From the NCBI GenBank assembly GCA_900548385.1, contig URKJ01000001.1:72360-136359 (forward strand): a stretch of DNA of 64,000 nucleotides. The letters run 5' to 3'. How positions within the stretch are numbered: position 1 is the stretch's first letter; every line of letters begins with the position of its first letter. Of this stretch, positions 9,701 through 17,512 are shown one piece after another. This DNA is from an uncultured bacterium (lineage in GTDB: Bacteria > Verrucomicrobiota > Lentisphaeria > Victivallales > UBA1829). The notes beneath the pieces are model-generated. The model had not been told where the DNA came from and made no database searches. It saw nothing but the letters and a program-made list of their open reading frames with translations. The position numbers and the translations under genes were made by a program.

Positions 9701-11256
9701 TTCGAGTCAAACACACCGGTTCCGGAACCGACGGTGATCGTATTTCCCGCATAAATGCCGTAGAAGTTTCCTGTCCAGCTGTCGATCGCCGGAGTCAGGG
9801 AGGAACTGCTGTCCCAGACGACGGAAATATTTCCGGACAGGTAGTTTGAAACGGTGATGGAGTCGCTGAAATAGAGACCGCCGGCGGAAAGGACAACGGC
9901 TGTCCCCGTACCGTCCGCCGGTTGCTGCGCGGAGAAAGAAAGACCCCGGATTGCGGTGTTGATGTCTCCAAGGAAAGAGCCGGTCACACTGAAGTTTTGT
10001 GCGGTCAGGCTGTATGCTTTCAAATCAATGGAGAGGCTTGCTTTCTGATTATCTCCCTTCGCATGAGCGGAAACCGTGATATTCTGGAGGGTCGTGTTGA
10101 CCTCGGCCTCGAACCCTTTTTTCATTTCAATGGCATTGGCTGCCCGGATTCCATAAACGCCGATTTGATTGCCTGTGGCGGATCCTGCCATGGAATCGGA
10201 AGCATAAACAGTTCTCTGCAGAAGCTCACCGGAAATGAGCATCTGTTCTGCGCCGGCAAGATCGTTGAACTGTTCCTGTGTGTATACACGCTTATTGTCC
10301 GGCTCCACACTTGTGCGGGGATAATAAGATCCGCCTACCAACTCGTAATCCTTTTTTTGATTCGGGCTGAGTGCGTTGTATTCCTCTTCAGTGATCCGTC
10401 TGTAATAACGGATTTCGGATGAATCGGAAGACACCAGGCTGGTTTCCGCCCGGATTTCGATACTTTCCGTTTCGACCGTGATGGATCCTTTGGTTGCGCC
10501 GTTTTTCTGGATACCGAAACGTCCATCGGCGACAATACTTCCTGTATCGGCCCACAATCCTTGCAGGGTGATCGTGTTGTTATTGGCTGCGGCGCTCTGG
10601 AAGCAACGGATGATTGCGGTCTGTTTTGCCGTAATGTCTCCGATGAAGTTGTTGTAAAGTTCAACGGAGTTTGCGCGCAGAGTCGCTGTTGTGATTGTAT
10701 TGTCGCTGGAGTTGTTGACCGGCTTGCCATCTTTGTCCCTTAACCCGGTCAGACTGGTCGTATGATGGGTCGAGATCGTGCCGACGAGGTCGGAAACAAC
10801 CCGGAACGTTCCGCCGGAAGACTGGAATGTCCCGAATTCATAGGTCCCGGAGGTGGGGACCCGTTCCGTGCTGGCATTTTGCGAAATGTTATGTGAAAAC
10901 TCCGTATTGATGACGAGGCGGTCGTCTGAATACTGGGAGGTTTCATTGTGTCCGTTCTGCCGCTGGATATCCCCTGTCTGGGCGGAGAGATTCAAGCTGC
11001 CGCCGGAGGTGAATGCGGCAACATACAGAGTGCTGGGCTTATCCTCTTTATCGGTTCCGCTAAAGGAGATATTGCCCTGAGCGTAATTGCCGGCGATCGC
11101 CAACTCTCCGCCGGAAACGGTGATTTGACTGATTCCATCCGTTCTGCCGCCGCCGGAAGTGCTATCGTCCCCCGGAGGAAGCAGGAACACGTTTGTTCCG
11201 CTGATTGTACCTCCTTGCGGAGTAAAATAAATTGAGTAAAGATCGGAATCCGCCAT
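3766..11256 (-). CDS. Giant (2496 aa) surface/adhesin-type protein: beta-helix-like N-terminal region, array of FN3-like modules, four C-terminal PPC-like modules
   Basis: Single uninterrupted ORF. Strong RBS (AGGAGG, 8 nt before ATG 11256). The N-terminal ~700 aa are rich in G/S/T/N repeats (GNISFSG, GNINLGSGTDEIYIDSNAQINGEL), like autotransporter/Pmp passenger beta-helices. The middle has recurring W..(x)D..SG(I/L)..Y modules (e.g. TLNWYGKLADDTGSGIAFYVLYY, LTWSGAVDPNGAAGEPVSGLKEYNLYF), typical of FN3-like domains. The C-terminus has DYYKF-type pre-peptidase C-terminal (PPC) modules. Confidence 0.9.
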   Translation of the reverse strand: MADSDLYSIYFTPQGGTISGTNVFLLPPGDDSTSGGGRTDGISQITVSGGELAIAGNYAQGNISFSGTDKEDKPSTLYVAAFTSGGSLNLSAQTGDIQRQNGHNETSQYSDDRLVINTEFSHNISQNASTERVPTSGTYEFGTFQSSGGTFRVVSDLVGTISTHHTTSLTGLRDKDGKPVNNSSDNTITTATLRANSVELYNNFIGDITAKQTAIIRCFQSAAANNNTITLQGLWADTGSIVADGRFGIQKNGATKGSITVETESIEIRAETSLVSSDSSEIRYYRRITEEEYNALSPNQKKDYELVGGSYYPRTSVEPDNKRVYTQEQFNDLAGAEQMLISGELLQRTVYASDSMAGSATGNQIGVYGIRAANAIEMKKGFEAEVNTTLQNITVSAHAKGDNQKASLSIDLKAYSLTAQNFSVTGSFLGDINTAIRGLSFSAQQPADGTGTAVVLSAGGLYFSDSITVSNYLSGNISVVWDSSSSLTPAIDSWTGNFYGIYAGNTITVGSGTGVFDSNITMNLSGAEAGERAYATVIGIKAETLNAGSLAANINLTVETGLAIGAQIDKFVNNVDSVFNVQTSSFDIIGDITVTGTNAIKVGLMIRDSGATNIRISSDINVGRTAGDYAIYSGYYSYQPSKSSANGRGYTLTTWRGGNDHIEIAAGATITGNINLGSGTDEIYIDSNAQINGELISDATDQGGRRNVTFMLNQYGSVNGDIRNEKVYNGSFIEESTTYVVDLNDAASGVTYTLFDSGMVAGGSKNLTVVYKGEAKLLNMNSSPVVTFTDGTSITGRVQGNTVSVEVTKSATAYQGRLANTVNLEINGNVISYTFSNDIDRDKLNYDSNYSLHITYNLYDGNGNIVTDETGKARTYELTVPCTSSSFTVPADYTIKNIQTEIINTASGSSERIDTLTVTGRIDSEAEEFIVEWNTALNKALTDANRYELEYSIKKKDGSWSNSTVVTLDYLATSYTLSDIQQGDAVRVRLRLKNVASTSSYTTSEWSDVIEIENGTLKEETAQVAGLMNLRVGQLADSVSILQWDDMRDTFESGLQYYEIQFFTTNDESISNLTDEELEAIWSGNNTNFTVVTRRVTTNKFYLSNVDFSNNYYWRVKAVSNNGTGGEPADEIWSENYHFTTVGGDTTAPVATPNSQNIAITPHFYYVKTDGVEETNPNTGEQTLNNYAKNTVTLNWYGKLADDTGSGIAFYVLYYKEEGDSSYKSIRLAPNSDQYYKAVISGLSGLNQKISYYITARDYSGNESAALKSGDLQGDITKPAGASIAWEEPENKNDLYVENPSGGRNFAVTLTVNCGYDPESSEIDAPSGIYSYTVQYQKISSGGQKQWITVDVRYAAQLEGLSSYTVTAPPIDTRDIPVVGDNNECPTYWRLLVEDNAGNVFESPTLTITAEEPGTILLSTGEMDVSATVENYGYTVNFTWAEASSSPYQLSGYKLYVRQQNTTEWIEVTPEYTSTNITVKAFLNDTMTKVLLGDTVYEWAVEAFDEKGFSSGKQKADKTFTLDGYVPPPESFTFKNEQLVSVYENDMLNITISWSIGSGIPTGYELKRAVAGSGVYETFMTADASATKFNFTVSPNAKYDYVIVARDTNYPDVPVTSKVLSTMTDVTKPVFTSSNTTLTDLTGNNYQLTWSGAVDPNGAAGEPVSGLKEYNLYFSTSSTLDPGKAICITVGGATNYTLTRDILLANGISEGTYNWWVGAKDWAGNEGYLQGQGSFFVKLTPPKGEFTDMDTTITVSYEMVDDPTVSNGAQVRQPTSISVKFDMDSTFTDAVKYRIELASSADFASDYLLLSEEFTGSSFTLSTDNNGIAYIAGMAQGKNGYYSTYNDVPDIYWRVCAIDSYGNETVYSKTNVFKLADKDLDRSLNDYYAPDQVELYAPEEVEGSNGTLWNLEWSPVFDPFGIYTYEIALSNGVDAPLLFYTQPHINDTTVVIGGKELPVSAGTYTVTVTAIDGSGKRSPVSNSQTVHCGVPNPIYPGSGTSIMDPEGHTNASATPDRSYSATITSTIGTEGNVEHYYRYDGVEKNGRLNLSITGLSQKVKITLYADNQSGKWKKLKSFTVNAGGGTLLSDYLLASNLYYIKVEAMDKKKFNTQTSYVLNFDSTYFPDWTPNKGFGDQSEEIILTTTDSQKTGSISGFVGYLEAQDYYVINSDIAGSLNLSVSTNAKVKVTVYNADYRKITSASVKAGQYSNIFKKPALCPSGKVYIVVESGDKGKGKQNADYTIGVSDNLFQPATANNDTGSAQSVLLDVNGHGLFSGGWVGYGDKVDYYKFTSALNGAVELGITEVESKIKVTLYDTTGKKLKSKTIKGTPDAKYATADIFGKDVLLKAGQEYYISVESGDKGKGYQNSFYNLSINESYAPASRGNNVKENAMALTAGQTTSDWVGYNEPSDFYKITLDKESYLDLNFNFSGKVSLKMTSEYGGKSGNVSLIKTDSGYSSKSMLAAGEYFVEIRAKSPNNVNSWSNSYNLAYSTR
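3769..5247 (-). repeat. Four tandem PPC-like (pre-peptidase C-terminal type) beta-sandwich modules encoded at the 3' end of the giant gene
   Basis: The last 493 aa contain four ~115-130 aa units. Each has an aromatic motif ((E/D)HYYRY, QDYYVI, VDYYKF, SDFYKI), a K(V/I)K(V/I)T(L/V)Y strand, and a Y(Y/I)(I/V)(K/V/S)VE...Y.(L/I) end. The units are diverged at DNA level. Confidence 0.7.
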
Positions 11257-11692
11257 ATTTGAACCTCCTGTTTAATTGTTCCGTCGGGGAAGAATTACAT
11301 TCCTTTTATTTTCTTCCGATTCAACACGCTCTGTAGGGTTTTATCCGTTTTCGGCAGGAAGAGCGCGTTTATTCCTGCCGCCGTATCAATTATTCTTGTA
11401 TTATACTGTCTGCCGGAATCATTTCGCGAATGTTTTCCGACCGAATTTTATTGCATCAATAAGTATCTGACCCTCCTGAATAAACTCAATCGCTTATTAT
11501 ATACTACAATTTGAAAGAAAAATCAAGTCTTTGTTCCTTTTATTAGTATAAAAAAACAGCTTTTTTTTGAATTTTCTTTTGTCGAGAGCTGTTTCCATTA
11601 AAAAACAGGAGTCTGTTCCGGGATTTCCGGGGCGGACGGGTTGCATTTTTCCGGAAATCCGTTAAAGTATCAGCAGCAACCGGAGATTGAAA

Positions 11693-12100
11693 ATGAGATC
11701 ATGGGATGAATTATATGAAGCCGCATTGGCAAAATTGAGCCCGCGCGCGGTGTCGCCGTTCGTTGAGGCGGGCGGAGTCGCGGCGGCGATCGGAACGGAG
11801 ACGGGGAATATCTATTGCGGAGTCTGCATGGATACCGCGTGTTCGCTCGGAATGTGTGCGGAACGCGCCGCCGTTGCGGCGATGATCACCGCGGGAGAAA
11901 GCAGAATCCGCCGGATCGTCTGTCTGATGGGCGACCGGAAGCCCGGAATGCCCTGCGGAGCCTGCCGGGAACTGCTGATGCAGCTGGACGGGGAGAGCGG
12001 TTCGATTGAAATCCTCTCCGGATATCCGGAAATACAGACCGTGACGCTCGGCGAGCTTTCGCCTGCGTGGTGGGGCAGAGAGCGGTTCAATGGCGAATGA
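11693..12100 (+). CDS. cdd: Cytidine/deoxycytidylate deaminase family protein (cytidine deaminase-like)
   Basis: Zinc-binding motifs CAERAAVAAM and PCGACRELL. ATG 11693 is preceded by GGAG (11682-11685). Confidence 0.85.
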   Translation: MRSWDELYEAALAKLSPRAVSPFVEAGGVAAAIGTETGNIYCGVCMDTACSLGMCAERAAVAAMITAGESRIRRIVCLMGDRKPGMPCGACRELLMQLDGESGSIEILSGYPEIQTVTLGELSPAWWGRERFNGE

Positions 12101-12704
12101 CACTGGAATGTTCCGCAAGGAGGCGGCGCGCCTGATCCGTATGCGGGAAGAGGATTTTGCTCTGCGGCAGTCTCTGCTTGATGCCGGGGAGCTTTTGGAC
12201 GGCTATCATCCCCGGATGGAGGCGATGCACCGGAGTCATGCGGAGTCTCTGCGGGAGATCATCGCCCGGATCGGTTATCCGACTGTGAGGAAAGTCGGTG
12301 CGGATGCGTCGAACGCCGCGTGGCTGATTGTTCAGCATGCGATCGGCGAACCGGATTTCATGCGGGAGATCTGCGCCCGGCTGCGAAGTCTCGCCCCGGA
12401 GGACGCCGATCCGCGCAATGCCGCGTTTCTGGAAGACCGTATCCGGATGTATGAGGGGCGTCCCCAGCTTTACGGAACCCAGTTCGATTTTGATGATTCC
12501 GGCGTGCTGTCGCCCGTGCCGTTTGACGACCGGGAGGCGGTGAACCGTCGCCGCGCCGCGCTTGGAATGAACTCTTTGGAAGAGCGTACGGAGGAGATCC
12601 GCCGTGCACAGGGCGGGGACCGGGTTCTGCCGCCGGAGGAACTGAAACGCTATCGTGCCGCTTACCGCAAATGGCTTGCGGCGACCGGATGGCGGCAGAG
12701 CTGA
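12090..12704 (+). CDS. Conserved hypothetical protein (possibly DUF6624-like)
   Basis: 204-aa ORF with coding-like composition. NAAWLIVQHA segment. Overlaps the cdd end by 11 nt. No catalytic motif recognised. Confidence 0.6.
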   Translation: MANDTGMFRKEAARLIRMREEDFALRQSLLDAGELLDGYHPRMEAMHRSHAESLREIIARIGYPTVRKVGADASNAAWLIVQHAIGEPDFMREICARLRSLAPEDADPRNAAFLEDRIRMYEGRPQLYGTQFDFDDSGVLSPVPFDDREAVNRRRAALGMNSLEERTEEIRRAQGGDRVLPPEELKRYRAAYRKWLAATGWRQS

Positions 12705-12708
12705 ACCG

Positions 12709-13296
12709 TCAGTTCTGCTCTGCCCGCTGTTTTGCTTCGATGGCTTCCCGGAGGGGCTTCCCGTTGATGATCAGTTCTTTCACCGCATAATTGCCGTCCG
12801 GGTAGACCAGAACGAGAAGTTCCGCCTGTTTTGCTTTGCGCAGGAGCTCGTCCGCCGCAGATGCGTTTTTCTCATTGAGAAAATAACGGGTGAACGGGAA
12901 GACAAAGCGATGGGTGCCCCGTTCGAGTCTCTGATTGCCCTGCCATTTTCTGGTGATTCCGTGGTAGCGGATCCGCAGACAGGGACGGTTTGGGGCGTTC
13001 TTTTCCGAGAGCTCCGTTACAGTGGCAAAATTGTCCTTGTCGCGTCCGAGAACCGCATATTTATAAGGACGGAAAGTGAAATCTTCCGTTTCCAGTTCCG
13101 GAGTTTTGATGTCGAGCGTGATGTAGCGTCCGCGGAACGGATCGTATGGATCGACGCCGGCAACCCGGAAGCGGAATTCCTGCGGCGGAACCGCGGGGAA
13201 TTCGTAGGAGCGGATCTTCTGCGCCGGATACCAGAGCGCGGCAAGCAGAAGCGGGATAAGGGCGAGCAGACGGAGTTTTGCGGTCCGGTTCATCAT
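12709..13296 (-). CDS. GDYXXLXY domain-containing membrane-anchored protein
   Basis: N-terminal signal/anchor (LRLLALIPLLLAALW). DPYDPFRGRYITLDI corresponds to the GDYXXLXY-family core. ATGA overlap with the upstream DUF2157 gene, the usual partner of this family. Confidence 0.75.
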   Translation of the reverse strand: MMNRTAKLRLLALIPLLLAALWYPAQKIRSYEFPAVPPQEFRFRVAGVDPYDPFRGRYITLDIKTPELETEDFTFRPYKYAVLGRDKDNFATVTELSEKNAPNRPCLRIRYHGITRKWQGNQRLERGTHRFVFPFTRYFLNEKNASAADELLRKAKQAELLVLVYPDGNYAVKELIINGKPLREAIEAKQRAEQN

Positions 13297-14522
13297 GCGT
13301 GGCCTCCTTTCCGGGTAAAGCGGCGCGACAGCCAGAGGTTCAGGAGCAGGAAGATGATCCCTGCCGTCAGGAATGCGACCGCGCGGTCAAGAATGGTGTA
13401 ATGCCCTCCGAAGAAGTGGACAGCCAACAGTGCGTAAAGCTGGAGTTGACCGAGGTTCAGCAGGAGCAGATCGGCGCGGCGGACGCCGTCGATCAGAAAC
13501 AGGGCTCCGGAAAGGATCAGCAGTCCGGACGCTGTCAGTTCGGTGGTTCCCGGCGAGAGCGAACAGAGGAACGGGAACACCGCGTAGAGGGTCAGCAGCA
13601 GATTCAGCGCATTGACATGCCGGAACAGCTGTACGGAAAGCATTGCCAGAAAGATCGCGCCCGACAGGATGAATTTCCAGTTCGGATCAAAGATTTTCGT
13701 AAGCGAATCCGTACTGAAGATGAGCAGATAAACGGTGACTGTGACGAATCCGCACTGAAGCCACGGATCGCGGAACCAGGCGGCTTTTCCGGTTTGCCGC
13801 AGATTGAATCCGCCGCACAGGAACGCGGCTGCGGCAAGCGGGATCAGGAACTGTATATTTTTTCCCACCGAGCAGAGAAGTGCGATTCCCGCGGGGATCG
13901 CGGCATAACGGATCAGCATGGAGTCGCGTCGCAGATGCGGAACGGCAAAGGGAATCCAGAGAATCGTGCAGACTATCGGAAACCAGTGTTCGCCGCTCCA
14001 GTCCGTGATTGCAAACTGGACCAGGGCAATCGCAACGATCAGGGCGAGGACCCGGCTGTTGAACAGATACATCAGGACGAGGGCGAACGGCAGGTTCAGC
14101 GTCAGGAAATCAAACAGGGAGCCGTCGATGTGATAGATCTGCGAGACCAGAGCGTTGAGTGTGACGATCGCCGCTGTGAGCAGAAGTGCCGCGGCTTCCA
14201 GCCAGACTCCTGTTTTTCCGCGGATCAGTACAAATCCGGCAAACAGCGCCGCGAGAAGGAACGGAATAAAGGTGATCAGGAGTCGCCCTGTTTTGGGAAG
14301 AGCGTCCCAGTTGTGCGCCGTGAACAGGATAATGCTTCCGGCGATCAGCAGAGCGGCGAAGATGCCGAGAACGGTGAACAGGAGTCCCCGCAGGGAGTTT
14401 TCCTTGAGTTCGCCGGAATAATGTTCGCGGAGTCGTTCCGCGGCGGTGCTGTCGATCACTCCCGCATTCTGCAATCGGGGCAGCTCGTTCAGGAACCATT
14501 GAATGGATTTCAGATCTTTCAT
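13293..14522 (-). CDS. DUF2157-type polytopic membrane protein
   Basis: Soluble N-terminal segment WFLNELPRLQNAGVIDSTAAERLREHY, followed by about 10 or more hydrophobic helices. Typical neighbour of GDYXXLXY proteins. Confidence 0.75.
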   Translation of the reverse strand: MKDLKSIQWFLNELPRLQNAGVIDSTAAERLREHYSGELKENSLRGLLFTVLGIFAALLIAGSIILFTAHNWDALPKTGRLLITFIPFLLAALFAGFVLIRGKTGVWLEAAALLLTAAIVTLNALVSQIYHIDGSLFDFLTLNLPFALVLMYLFNSRVLALIVAIALVQFAITDWSGEHWFPIVCTILWIPFAVPHLRRDSMLIRYAAIPAGIALLCSVGKNIQFLIPLAAAAFLCGGFNLRQTGKAAWFRDPWLQCGFVTVTVYLLIFSTDSLTKIFDPNWKFILSGAIFLAMLSVQLFRHVNALNLLLTLYAVFPFLCSLSPGTTELTASGLLILSGALFLIDGVRRADLLLLNLGQLQLYALLAVHFFGGHYTILDRAVAFLTAGIIFLLLNLWLSRRFTRKGGHA

Positions 14523-14543
14523 AGCTTTCCTTTCGTCTTGAGA

Positions 14544-16418
14544 TTAATGGAGAACGGGAGGATAACGGTGTGTGCCGTGGGGCGGATCGCACCGGTCTTC
14601 ATTCGTCGGGATGACTTCGTCCGGTTTTTCCGGATCCGGTTCCCACAGAGGGGTTTCGAGCCAGGTGATGCCGCTCTGACGCCACGCCTGGTCGCTGAGT
14701 TTTTTCAGCATTGTGTGATAGAACCCGAATTTGTTCTGCATGTCCTGCGGGATTTCGTCAAGCGAGTTGACCGTTCCCAGTTTGGGCAGATATTCCACGA
14801 TGAATTCAAACCAGAGATAATCCGCCAGCTGGTTGCGTCCGGGATCTTCCAGCGAGGTCGGTATGATGGCGCTGTTGGTGAAGACCGGCAGGACGATTCC
14901 GGAAAGATGCGGCGGCTGGAGGTCGTTATCCACGGAAAGCGCGCCGAACGGTTTCGCCACGGAATAGGCGTAAATATGCGGCGCGTTGTGCTGGAGACGG
15001 CTCTGTGCGTAATCCAGCCGGTTTTCACCGGATCCGGTTTGAAGATATTCCGTGGTTTCGCCGGATGTTTTCGGCATGAAGCTGTTCCGGAAGATGTCGC
15101 CGAGACGTTTATCCTTGTCCCCGTTGACGCCGAGAGTTCCGGTTACCGTAACTGTTTCCGTTTCGATGTCCATGCGGGACACTGCGCCGGAATAGTAAAG
15201 CGCCTGTTTTTTGAACGGTGCGGAAAGGTAGTCTTCCCAGAGTGAGGTCTGTGTCTGGTCATAGCTGCGCCACCGCCAGTTGTAGTATGCCCAGCTGAGC
15301 GCGGGGAGGGGATTGAGCTTGCGGTCCCTGTCGCCGTTCGGGGTATCGACGATTTCGCCGTCCCGGTTGTAGACCGGATCGAACAGATCGTAATGGTCCA
15401 TGAGTTTGGTTGCGTTGTAACCGGCTTTTTTCAGCTGGTCGTCGATCAGGGAACTTTCTTTCAGAACGTTCCAGGTGTTGCTCTGTGCGTTTTTGATTTC
15501 CACGCCGACCGGCAGGTATTCGCTTTCCTGCCGGAATGTCGCGTCTTCATCGGTGACCAGGTTTCCCCACCAGTTGGAGGCGTCGAAGTTCATGCGCAGG
15601 AGCTCTTTCAGCCAGCACCAGTAATTTGCCTGAATCGCATCATAGATATACCGGGACTGGAGGTATCCGGCAAAATCGTTTCCGGTCGGCGGAACGGTTT
15701 TGACTCTGGGTGAGCCGAGCAGCTGCGCGTTCGGCAGAACGGCGATTCCTTTGGAGGTGTCGCCGCCGTCGTTCAGCAGGATGGTGTCGAGAGTGCCGAG
15801 GTACGGGGCTTTCCAGTTGTAGCCGAACATGTTCCGTCTGATATAATCGGGCGTCATATATTGTTCAAAGACGTTTTTCCGGTTTACGTTGGTCGGATTT
15901 TCCACATAGAGCATTTGATTGCGGACCGCTTCGCCGTATGACTCGTTATAATTGAGTCCGTTGTTTTTTGCGGTCTGCTGTGCCGCTCCGAATCCGATCA
16001 GCGGGACGATGAACAGCGCTCTCTGCTGAATCTGGGAAACGGTATCGGAGGCGATTTCCAGTTCTTTCAGCTGAGTGGCGCGTTTCTGTATGGCGTCTTC
16101 TTCGTTTTCAACATGCAGAAAGCTGTCCGGCGTTTGCTGCATTCCCGTCCCGAACATGGAATCGGAGATCAGAACGGTTGTGGCTTTGACAAGATTCAGT
16201 TCTCCGATCAGGTTCAGCGTATGTCTCTGCCAGTTGGCGCCGGTCAGAGCCGCCGCATCGACGGCGTTCTGGGATTTGACTTTGGCGCGGATTACGTTGG
16301 AAATGTCAAGCAGGAGAAATATCGCCAGCGTCAGGATCAGCAGAGCGATCAGCGCCAGGATCAGAACCTGTCCGCGCTCCCGGTGTTTTCTGTAAAAACG
16401 CGTTTTCATCATGATCAT
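14544..16418 (-). CDS. TadG-like / Tad-domain pseudopilin-like protein (624 aa)
   Basis: N-terminus RERGQVLILALIALLILTLAIFLLLDISNVIRAKVKSQNAVDAAALTGA matches the Tad (putative Flp pilus assembly TadE/G-like) N-terminal domain. Start ATG 16418 forms an ATGA overlap with the upstream gene stop. No vWA MIDAS motif seen. Confidence 0.8.
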   Translation of the reverse strand: MIMMKTRFYRKHRERGQVLILALIALLILTLAIFLLLDISNVIRAKVKSQNAVDAAALTGANWQRHTLNLIGELNLVKATTVLISDSMFGTGMQQTPDSFLHVENEEDAIQKRATQLKELEIASDTVSQIQQRALFIVPLIGFGAAQQTAKNNGLNYNESYGEAVRNQMLYVENPTNVNRKNVFEQYMTPDYIRRNMFGYNWKAPYLGTLDTILLNDGGDTSKGIAVLPNAQLLGSPRVKTVPPTGNDFAGYLQSRYIYDAIQANYWCWLKELLRMNFDASNWWGNLVTDEDATFRQESEYLPVGVEIKNAQSNTWNVLKESSLIDDQLKKAGYNATKLMDHYDLFDPVYNRDGEIVDTPNGDRDRKLNPLPALSWAYYNWRWRSYDQTQTSLWEDYLSAPFKKQALYYSGAVSRMDIETETVTVTGTLGVNGDKDKRLGDIFRNSFMPKTSGETTEYLQTGSGENRLDYAQSRLQHNAPHIYAYSVAKPFGALSVDNDLQPPHLSGIVLPVFTNSAIIPTSLEDPGRNQLADYLWFEFIVEYLPKLGTVNSLDEIPQDMQNKFGFYHTMLKKLSDQAWRQSGITWLETPLWEPDPEKPDEVIPTNEDRCDPPHGTHRYPPVLH

Positions 16419-17050
16419 TCCAGATATGCGGTTGACTGTTTTGCCATTTTCGTTTCTCCGGAGATGTTCATTTTTCCGCCGGTCTGAGGCTGGAATGCTC
16501 CGCGGAAAGGCATGACCCACGGATAATCCCTGAATTCGGAGCGGGCGGTGAACGTGTCGCCCTGATGAGTCAGTCCGGTCTCGAAACTGGTTTTGTATTC
16601 GGAGAGGTCATTATTCTCTCCTTCCCTGTTCCACCAGTATTGATAGCGCAGGCCGTTCTGCCGTTGACGCATATAATCCAAAATGACCAGGCGTTCGTAG
16701 TAAAACTGTTCGATTGCCGTTTTGAAAGGCAGGGAATCGCTGTTTCCGTTGAGCAGATCGACCGGTGCGCGCATCTGTCCGGCGGCGGGAATGACTTTGA
16801 GGCGCGCCTCCCGCTGATAGGCGTCTTCGCGGAAACCGACCGTAGCCGAGCGCGCGGCGCGGAATGCCGCATAGTCCGTGACCATCTGAGCGACTGAATA
16901 GTAGAAGAACTGGAGCAGCCCGAATGTCAGCAGAAGGATCAGGAACATGCAGAGCATGGCTTCCACAATAGAGGAAGCCCGCTCTCCGGACCGGATTTGC
17001 GGGCGCAGTTTCCGCATTGGTTCTCTTTCGCGTGTGACGAAAGCGGTCAC
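16415..17050 (-). CDS. TadE-like pseudopilin
   Basis: GERASSIVEAMLCMFLILLLTFGLLQFFYY matches the TadE-like N-terminal motif (G-x4-E + hydrophobic helix). GTG 17050 overlaps the flp stop (GTGA); ATG 17017 is an alternative start. Confidence 0.8.
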   Translation of the reverse strand: MTAFVTREREPMRKLRPQIRSGERASSIVEAMLCMFLILLLTFGLLQFFYYSVAQMVTDYAAFRAARSATVGFREDAYQREARLKVIPAAGQMRAPVDLLNGNSDSLPFKTAIEQFYYERLVILDYMRQRQNGLRYQYWWNREGENNDLSEYKTSFETGLTHQGDTFTARSEFRDYPWVMPFRGAFQPQTGGKMNISGETKMAKQSTAYLE

Positions 17051-17298
17051 TCGGTGGTAATGCCGCCCTTGTCGAGCTCTTTGAGGGTCTCGACCGAGCC
17101 CTTGTCCACGGCGGAATCGACATCCTTGGAGGTTCCGAGCGTAGCGGCGGCTCCGCCGATCTTTTCCCGGATCGTGTCGCTGAAAATTCCCAGCACAGCA
17201 AGAGCGGCGAGCGCAACGATTACCACAATAATGATATATTCCACGATCGCCTGTCCTTTGCAGCGTTTTTTCATCTGTTTGAGTTTTGCCATGTCCAT
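17047..17298 (-). CDS. flp: Flp family type IVb pilin
   Basis: KGQAIVEYIIIVVIVALAALAVLGIF is the Flp motif (G/xxxxEY followed by a hydrophobic helix). GGAG lies 8 nt upstream of ATG. Confidence 0.85.
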   Translation of the reverse strand: MDMAKLKQMKKRCKGQAIVEYIIIVVIVALAALAVLGIFSDTIREKIGGAAATLGTSKDVDSAVDKGSVETLKELDKGGITTE

Positions 17299-17314
17299 AG
17301 CCGATACTCCTTTC

Positions 17315-17488
17315 TTACACCCACGGCTCCCAGCCGATCAGTGCGGTTATTCTCCATCCGTACTCAAGAAACACCGCCAGCAAAAGAAGCATGACGGCTG
17401 CCACCAAAACAAACATGACGATCAGAATCGCGTATTCCGTGAGGACCTGTCCCCGTTCCGCGCGGTTCTTTTTCATCCATGTCTGCAT
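17315..17488 (-). CDS. Second Flp-like pilin (57 aa)
   Basis: MQTWMKKNRAERGQVLTEYAILIVMFVLVAAVMLLLL carries the G/QVLTEY Flp motif. GGAG RBS. The TTGCGT-17-TATAAT promoter lies immediately upstream. The longer ORF-track start (17611) would run through that promoter. Confidence 0.7.
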   Translation of the reverse strand: MQTWMKKNRAERGQVLTEYAILIVMFVLVAAVMLLLLAVFLEYGWRITALIGWEPWV

Positions 17489-17512
17489 AGGGGTTCTCCG
17501 GTTTTCTGCGGT

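Noticed and set aside
11276-11470. 64-aa ORF inside the AT-rich region upstream of the giant gene.
   Set aside because: No RBS, odd composition (F/L/R/S-rich) and no motif. It lies on the strand opposite the likely leader or promoter of the giant gene.
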